Source: Candidatus Heimdallarchaeota archaeon
GTDB taxonomy: Archaea > Asgardarchaeota > Heimdallarchaeia > Heimdallarchaeales > Heimdallarchaeaceae
Reading direction: 5' to 3'
NCBI GenBank assembly: GCA_030668875.1
Contig: DAOVER010000035.1
Span: forward strand, 1-30,512
Length of the DNA: 30,512 bases
This document shows positions 25,701 through 30,512 of the stretch, in pieces (the stretch's first letter is position 1; the number at the start of each line of letters is the position of its first letter). A program made the position numbers and the translations under genes. The notes beneath the pieces are model-generated. The model saw only the letters and a program-made list of their open reading frames with translations, was not told the DNA's origin and made no database searches.

Positions 25701-27580
25701 AAAATGATGATTTGATAAAACTAGAATATTACTGGGATGGAAATATATCAGAAGGATCAATTGTGACACTTATAAATGGTACAAACCCATTTCCGTGGTT
25801 CATAAATGTACCTCCAATTGACGGTGAACATAATTTAACAGTCAAGCTCTATGATGATGCTGGAGAAAAACTAAGTCAAAATATCAGAACTGAAACATAT
25901 TTCTTAAAAGTTGATGACATCTTGATTAGCCCAATATCTCCATCAGATTTATCAGATGAGTACCATACAACAATCTTGTATAAAGACAGCTTCAATTTCA
26001 GAATAAATGTTACAGATATTTTAGATGGACAACCTCTAGATAATGTTGATATTACCTATAACTATGATTCGACATACAATCTCAGTATTGAAATTGTTCA
26101 GATTGATAGTATAACTTATGATTTTACAATAACAGCATTCAACGTAACTAATGGCTTAGAAACAGCTATTGAATTTTATATATTTCAATTTGCAGACAAA
26201 AAGGAAATGAGAGTTATATATCTTACAGTAGATACTAGAGAAGGGAATTTATTTGTCTTACAAGGAGGATATAATAGTCTCTACTACAATGACATAGTTA
26301 ATTTCACACTGCAACTGAATGATCATTTGAATATCTCTGCTCAAGAAATTCTAAGTATAACAATTAATGGTACAGAAGTACCCTACCTCTATTTTTCAGA
26401 AAATGGAACTGCGAGAATATCCCTCTTTCTACCTGATTTTGTTGATAGTAAAGGGAACTATACCTTTGAAATTTACGCGGAGTCTTCAGAATATTATGAT
26501 ACTTTTATTGATTCATCTGTTATTTTGATAGAAGTGAAACCGATGCTTGTTTTATTAGACGTATGGGTATTAAATTCAACAATTCTAGAAGGTACTTCCG
26601 TAATAATTTATGCTAAATTGACCTTAGAAGATGGCACTCCCATAGTAGGTGCAGAGATTTATTTTATTATATATATTTACCTAAAAACTGATACAGAACT
26701 TCCATCTACAGTTGTTCGGCTATCTTTTGCAGATTATAATGAAAGTGTTACTAACAGTAGCTTCACTGGATCTGATGGTATAGCCCTTTTGTCTTATACA
26801 CTAAACTCCAGTATATCTTCAATCGAGATAGAAGCTAGTTATCTAGGGGATGACATTCGGGATCAAACACAATTTAGATTTGATGGCATAGTAATTACGT
26901 TTCCACCTCCTCAAGCTGAAGAGCTTCCTGTATGGCTCTTAGGTTTGATAATAGGTGGAAGTATTTTAATCGCAGGAATTATCTCATTCATCATATACAA
27001 AGCTACACGACCTAAACCTTTTGAAGAATTAATGAAGAAAATTACTGATGAGGAAATTGTTTTGAATTATTCCATTCTCTCTCCAGGTATTATGTTGTCA
27101 ATATTTGATCAACGTAAAGGTCCGATTCCCTTGGTAACTGATCATTCATTGAGTATTGGTCGATATATAGGAAGGATGCAGATTGGTATAGAAAATTTTC
27201 TACTTAAAATTGCTGATCAAGCTTATTCCAGCTTAGGTTTTGAGGAACATACCGATGAGAGAAGAGTTGGATCAATAGTACTACCTAGTGAGAAAATGGT
27301 CGGTTTCTTACAAGGGTTACAGTTAAAGAATCCTCAAGCTCGAGGAGGTTTTGAGAATCTTTCTCTAATTATTCTTGCTGATCGAGAGTACGGAAACTTA
27401 CTTCTTAACTACCAAGAGTATCTTTATCCAAAAATAGACGAATTGGATGTTGCACTCAAAGGCAAAGATTCGTTGAAGAAAGTAGAAATGTTGATAAAAG
27501 AAATCCGTAAAGAATCTGTTGTAATTATCCTTGCTGCACAAAAAGTTGAAAAAGCTCAAGAGAACGGAAGCAGCTCTTAA
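22727..27580 (+). CDS. 1617-aa single-pass surface protein: signal/anchor, tandem Ig-like domains, TM helix and cytoplasmic longin/uDENN-like domain
   Basis: Hydrophobic N-terminus. Repeating (Y/F)xWD/N, G.H.L.(I/V)...D and D..(A/P)P.I units with many NxS/T sequons. TM helix WLLGLIIGGSILIAGIISFIIY from about nt 26933, followed by a basic residue. The C-terminal domain has SIFDQRKGPIP and QARGGFENLSLIILA. Confidence 0.8.
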   Translation: MYKNKSKLFSIFIVTLFISSLIYFEPSLNDEKLTDTVFPNKPILPDTDNETDENINNQDDSENAPIKKTEEIPGDYETFAFFSGGTGYIYGAPRVGESLILDPADEDPLHRRNVIEWVSYDDIKDDGTLAKELYWRALSVEPITWPNDTNWFYLRERGYPNEPSKMYSPTFTEEFEISGRVHFLSYLELNNGATFSETIDIGYRLSLYLFNPADPNNPTLITSNTIIESTSSMTVGQRTFSADIVSPVTIPVGYRLRMDIEARFSTVPVSGSFLQYTGWYWGGGGTNTWTITDGIYSNIYTINNISRMAGLQLYMRSKTYPEIQIFNAVNETVYSSARDITIDVTDGSTSSFRWNGDSVWTPIYDSILSPLLTEHGWNTLEVKASDPIYNNTIVELYQFGYDESPVNVVLDNAINTSIIPRNYDLQFSVYNITSATFEWDNSGSPTSFISPYNITAENYEGLHNLTIITIDFYTTESYYYEFTFESLPPTILLDSPDNNTLQSPGKNIYIQVNDSSGIDIVTYHWDGDIEEVMTFLGGHIYRTNLPTAGGWHQLYVTANDTYGNQISSHYTFFTDPTILNVELTNMIDDSYYMGGNDVNVTITSSNDTIKYKWDNGVWKDKSDAEWDGALLKLKDAEGLPSTLGVHILKIRTGTLLHVEETFTFTFTIDQQAPEYDSSVLDYSNLRYLGEETLTFTVTDNFTLSAEILLKISIDGGFNQSLFFPFILPLFSFFDGNHSIVIYVWDIAGNVNVTTIYVIVDNTAPDIDYLIPDLVNYIHVDGNRYVKADALVDVTLTDDDTILFSYYSINGTAFTSFVSDFNLGFLEGYLEITIRANDSLGNIYDLYFYLILDNSPPTLDLIFPFNYISEINDLTPLQFNTQDLSDKTINSVEYEWDVFPGFTANAFPDINGDFEFKLLSFIQDSYVSGSTAQLTFYLEDIVGNIAIIMYNFTVDYTAPIAAFYIYNETVVYEDISLFYYVEGNTSIFYNNTENDDLIKLEYYWDGNISEGSIVTLINGTNPFPWFINVPPIDGEHNLTVKLYDDAGEKLSQNIRTETYFLKVDDILISPISPSDLSDEYHTTILYKDSFNFRINVTDILDGQPLDNVDITYNYDSTYNLSIEIVQIDSITYDFTITAFNVTNGLETAIEFYIFQFADKKEMRVIYLTVDTREGNLFVLQGGYNSLYYNDIVNFTLQLNDHLNISAQEILSITINGTEVPYLYFSENGTARISLFLPDFVDSKGNYTFEIYAESSEYYDTFIDSSVILIEVKPMLVLLDVWVLNSTILEGTSVIIYAKLTLEDGTPIVGAEIYFIIYIYLKTDTELPSTVVRLSFADYNESVTNSSFTGSDGIALLSYTLNSSISSIEIEASYLGDDIRDQTQFRFDGIVITFPPPQAEELPVWLLGLIIGGSILIAGIISFIIYKATRPKPFEELMKKITDEEIVLNYSILSPGIMLSIFDQRKGPIPLVTDHSLSIGRYIGRMQIGIENFLLKIADQAYSSLGFEEHTDERRVGSIVLPSEKMVGFLQGLQLKNPQARGGFENLSLIILADREYGNLLLNYQEYLYPKIDELDVALKGKDSLKKVEMLIKEIRKESVVIILAAQKVEKAQENGSSS
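23690..25920 (+). repeat. Protein-level tandem Ig-like (Big-type) repeats in the ectodomain
   Basis: Recurring strands FRWNG, FEWDN, YHWDG, YKWDN, YEWDV and YYWDG paired with GWNTLEV, GLHNLTI, GWHQLYV, GVHILKI, GNHSIVI and GEHNLTV. Boundaries are approximate. Confidence 0.65.
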
Positions 27581-27678
27581 GCAATTTTCTTTTTCTCAAG
27601 CCTTTATCGATAAATTGATAATTAAATAGACCGTTATATTCATAAAGAGGTCAAAGACGCTTTTAGGGGGCGCTATAT

Positions 27679-29592
27679 ATGTCATACTTGTTCGATGAAA
27701 TTTACGGTAAAAACGAAGAAGCTCCTGCAATAGAAGATAAGATTCTACTTATGGGTCTCCAAGCTGCAGGGAAAACTGCAATAAAGGATGTGGTTTTCTT
27801 TAACAAATCTCCAGAAGATATGGAAGATTATATGGCAACAGTTCACTATCAACGTCATTTCATTGACGAAGAAAAAAAAAGTATGGTTATTGATTCCGGT
27901 GGGCAAGAGAGTTATTGGAACGAAGCTGTAACGCATTTTCGACATCTTGTATTCTCAAATGTCAAATTGCTCGTCTGGATTGTTGATGTTACTCATCCTG
28001 AGATGTTTGAAGAATCGGAAAGACGATTCAGTTTTACAATTCGACAATATAAAAAAGAAAACCCCAATGGAAGAATAACTGTATTGTGCCACAAAGTCGA
28101 TCTTGTACAACCAGAGAGAATGGTTGTTATTCATCAACACATACGTGAGTCATTTAATGATCCAAAATATGAAATCGATTTTGAAAATACCAGCATCTAT
28201 TACAGAGAAAGTTTAAAGGAATTAATTTTTACGATTATGGCTGAAGCTGGAATAGATACTAAACGATTTGAGCTAATTTCCAACTTAGGTCAGAAAGTGG
28301 AGGAAAGTGATGAGTTCCAAAGCTATCTCATGGAACATCAAGAAGACCCAAGAATTGAACAACTTCTAGATTTTCTCAAACCTGATGCTGAAATTACTTT
28401 ACCCACTTTTGGTAACTTGGATTTACAATTCGACTTAACAGATTATGGTATTATAGAAATTGTTCTTATTGATAAGGATACATTTTCTCCTATAATAGGT
28501 GCTTCATCCAAAACAGATGTTACAACACAAAATTCAATGGATTATCTTATTGCACTTCACGACTTCAAACGTTATGTGAAGGAAAAAAGTCAAGAAATTG
28601 ACCCCACAGGTACTATTGTTAAATCTGCTGATGAGAAAGTTCATGGAATGGTTTTCAACCTTGCAAAAAATTTCTTGCTTGTAACTTCTTTCTCTGAAAT
28701 AACAAAAGAAAGGAAGAAGATGTTTTTTGATCTTATACTCAAGTTTGCAAAAGCAACTACTGATTCTGATGAAGCTGCTAAACCTGAACCAGTCCCTGTT
28801 CCTTTAGTACCTCAAGTTCCATCAGTTCCCGTTACCACAGAAACAGTTACTACTGAACCTGAATCATTCCCTGAAATTGTTGATGAACCAATAGTTATCG
28901 TTGAAGAAACAGTGGAAGCTCCTCAAATAGAGATAATGAAAACATCGTTAGTTGTAGAAGAAACAGATATCGTTGAACCCGAAATCATATTGCCACCTTC
29001 ACCTGCTTCAGTTGAACTTGTTACAGAGGAACAAAAAGAAGAGATTGAACAAGTTACACCAGAACCAATCGAAATAGAGCATGTAGAAGAACTTACTGAG
29101 CTACCAGAAACCCATGTAGAATCAAAACCCATAATTGTTGAAGAAACTCCAGAAGTTTTAGCTAAGTCAGCACCTCAAGTACCTGTCCCAACTGTTCCAG
29201 AGTCCACTGCTGTGCCAGACGTTCCAGATACCAAAGTAACAGAAGTACCTCCAGAACAACAAATCGTACCCGAATTTGTTGAGAAGATGGTTATAGAGTC
29301 AATCCCTGAACAAACCGAACAAATTGAAACAGCTGTTGAAGACAAGATTGAACATATTCCCGATACAACTGAACCTATTGCCACATTAAATGGTATAGGA
29401 GATTCAAGTGCAATAAATTTCAGTGCAGATGATATCTCAAGTTTTGCTAACTTCTTAGTTCAGAAGAAAGAAACAATACTTGAAGGCATATCATCAGATG
29501 ACATTAAAGGTATGTCTAACTTTCTTACAAAAGGATCAACTGCAGAAGTAGAAGAAATAAATGAAGAAAGAGAAGAACAAACTACAGAGTAG
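27679..29592 (+). CDS. Rag/Gtr1-like GTPase with a roadblock-like C-terminal domain and a long acidic Pro/Glu/Val/Thr-rich tail
   Basis: KILLMGLQAAGKTAIKDVVF (cf. Gtr1 KVLLMG.SGSGKSS..SIIF), ATV, DSGGQE, WIVDV, HKVDLV and TSIY. EIVLIDKDTFSPII resembles RagA EVLLFERATFLVI. Confidence 0.85.
   Translation: MSYLFDEIYGKNEEAPAIEDKILLMGLQAAGKTAIKDVVFFNKSPEDMEDYMATVHYQRHFIDEEKKSMVIDSGGQESYWNEAVTHFRHLVFSNVKLLVWIVDVTHPEMFEESERRFSFTIRQYKKENPNGRITVLCHKVDLVQPERMVVIHQHIRESFNDPKYEIDFENTSIYYRESLKELIFTIMAEAGIDTKRFELISNLGQKVEESDEFQSYLMEHQEDPRIEQLLDFLKPDAEITLPTFGNLDLQFDLTDYGIIEIVLIDKDTFSPIIGASSKTDVTTQNSMDYLIALHDFKRYVKEKSQEIDPTGTIVKSADEKVHGMVFNLAKNFLLVTSFSEITKERKKMFFDLILKFAKATTDSDEAAKPEPVPVPLVPQVPSVPVTTETVTTEPESFPEIVDEPIVIVEETVEAPQIEIMKTSLVVEETDIVEPEIILPPSPASVELVTEEQKEEIEQVTPEPIEIEHVEELTELPETHVESKPIIVEETPEVLAKSAPQVPVPTVPESTAVPDVPDTKVTEVPPEQQIVPEFVEKMVIESIPEQTEQIETAVEDKIEHIPDTTEPIATLNGIGDSSAINFSADDISSFANFLVQKKETILEGISSDDIKGMSNFLTKGSTAEVEEINEEREEQTTE
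28760..29400 (+). repeat. Low-complexity P/E/V/T-rich coding segment
   Basis: About 210 aa dominated by E, P, V, T and I (PEPVPVP, VPQVPSVP, VPTVPES, VPDVPD), with almost no aromatic residues. Confidence 0.8.
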
Positions 29593-29657
29593 TTTCTTTT
29601 AATCAACAATTGTATTTATTGCTTTTTCGTACAACTTCTTGAATATACCATGTTGAT

Positions 29658-30512
29658 TTAAACTGGACGACTGTCTCCATATCTTCTATATTCTAGTTGC
29701 GAATCTAGGAAGATTGGTATCTCTCGCATCTCTGTAACACATTCGTGGATAGGATAAATCTCAATGGATGTTGTACCAAATCCTTTCTGAACTTTAATAC
29801 CTCTTTCAAGTTGTTCAGAGTTTTCAACTGCGACATCAAGCATTGATTTCTGTAGATTTCTCCCACAAACATCACATCTAAAACTGATGTTCCTATCAAC
29901 TCTTCTTTCAACAACCTCGTCTTTTGGAATGCCATTTTTTGCTAAATAGTTAATGAGTGTGTCTCTCATCTTGATTTTAGCTCTTCCAAGAAGTTCGTCA
30001 GGTTGGAATAGTTGTTGCATTTCAACTGCTAAGGTATTGAAATATTCTTTTTCATTTACTTGGTCAGCATCTGGAGGAAAAACTGTTGTTAATACTAAAT
30101 CTTCGCTTATTTCTTTCATATAGACTCTGTTTTCTTCAAAAGAGAATATAACATGATCTAAAACTAATGTTGGTGAAAACATTTTTGCAAGGTCATTTTT
30201 CAATTTAATGAAATTATATCCAGCATACCTTTCAGGTTGAGAATATAACATTAAACCTTGAGCTGTTGATAGTGCGATAAAAACTAAATCCTGTTGTTTG
30301 AATGTTTCTTTGATTTTAACTGATTTAGAGTCATCTTTCGGATAAACATAGGCCAATACTTGTTGCATTGCATCCCATATTGTTTCTTCAAAAATTGATG
30401 TCCCAATAATTTCGGCATTTGGAAAATTCTCAATTTCGAAAATATCTTTAATTGATTGTAAAACAGGCTCTCGTTTATTTGGAGGTACTACATCCATCTT
30501 ATGTGCAAATAC
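29658..30512 (-). CDS. Second Rag/Gtr-like GTPase (C-terminal part; N-terminus lies beyond the window) with a roadblock domain and a Cys/His C-terminal domain
   Basis: The frame stays open to the window edge and reads VFAHKMDVVP (G4 HKxD), so ATG 30497 is internal. It also has TSIFEETIWDA (cf. Gtr1 TSIWDESLYKA), the roadblock pattern FIALSTAQGLMLYS...LVLTTVF and C-terminal CDVC...HEC. Confidence 0.8.
   Translation of the reverse strand, partial: VFAHKMDVVPPNKREPVLQSIKDIFEIENFPNAEIIGTSIFEETIWDAMQQVLAYVYPKDDSKSVKIKETFKQQDLVFIALSTAQGLMLYSQPERYAGYNFIKLKNDLAKMFSPTLVLDHVIFSFEENRVYMKEISEDLVLTTVFPPDADQVNEKEYFNTLAVEMQQLFQPDELLGRAKIKMRDTLINYLAKNGIPKDEVVERRVDRNISFRCDVCGRNLQKSMLDVAVENSEQLERGIKVQKGFGTTSIEIYPIHECVTEMREIPIFLDSQLEYRRYGDSRPV

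Noticed and set aside
27603-27614. Perfect 12-bp palindrome TTTATCGATAAA upstream of the Rag-like gene
   Set aside because: Single AT-rich occurrence with no second copy noticed. It is compatible with chance or overlap with a TATA element.
28760-29400. Possible DNA tandem repeat or CRISPR-like array in the repetitive-looking region
   Set aside because: The repetition is only amino-acid compositional bias within an open frame. No fixed-length nucleotide repeat or spacer structure is present.
645-29935. Many short ORF-track entries overlapping the called genes on the opposite strand or in another frame (e.g. 645-848, 6060-6401, 7329-7610, 8995-9339, 9678-9962, 28923-29132, 29175-29384)
   Set aside because: They lie inside well-supported genes, have no recognisable motifs and show the composition expected of shadow ORFs.

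Overview
AT-rich, densely coding archaeal chromosomal segment. It is most likely from an Asgard archaeon, inferred from Alba, NucS, a RIO kinase, an A1-U72 archaeal tRNA-Gln, BRE/TATA promoters and several eukaryotic-signature small-GTPase, roadblock and longin proteins. The left two-thirds is mostly housekeeping and metabolism: an Rcl/DNPH1-like hydrolase cut by the window edge, a membrane protein with QW-type repeats, tRNA-Gln(CTG) with a 31-nt T-loop intron, RIO kinase, A24 prepilin-type peptidase, NucS, PspC, a DAGK-family kinase, Alba, a Zn/Mn ABC transporter, an SDR, an M24 peptidase, a degenerate KaiC/RAD55-like ATPase, a nucleotidyltransferase, a P-type ATPase and a two-gene proline/sarcosine-dehydrogenase-like complex. 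The strongest signal is at the right end (21.9-30.5 kb). A divergent Rab/Rho-like GTPase is followed by a 1617-aa single-pass surface protein. Its cytoplasmic longin/uDENN-like domain carries an ARG motif where FLCN and SMCR8 have their GAP arginine finger. Next come two convergent Rag/Gtr-like GTPase-roadblock proteins, the second truncated by the window edge. Together these suggest a candidate receptor-GAP plus Rag signalling module. A second highlight is a P2-like ATPase whose M4 motif is PISI (flippase-like, not PEGL) and whose M6 ion ligands appear lost. No CRISPR array, rRNA, integrase or transposase was seen. All family calls come from motif recognition by eye, not from database searches.
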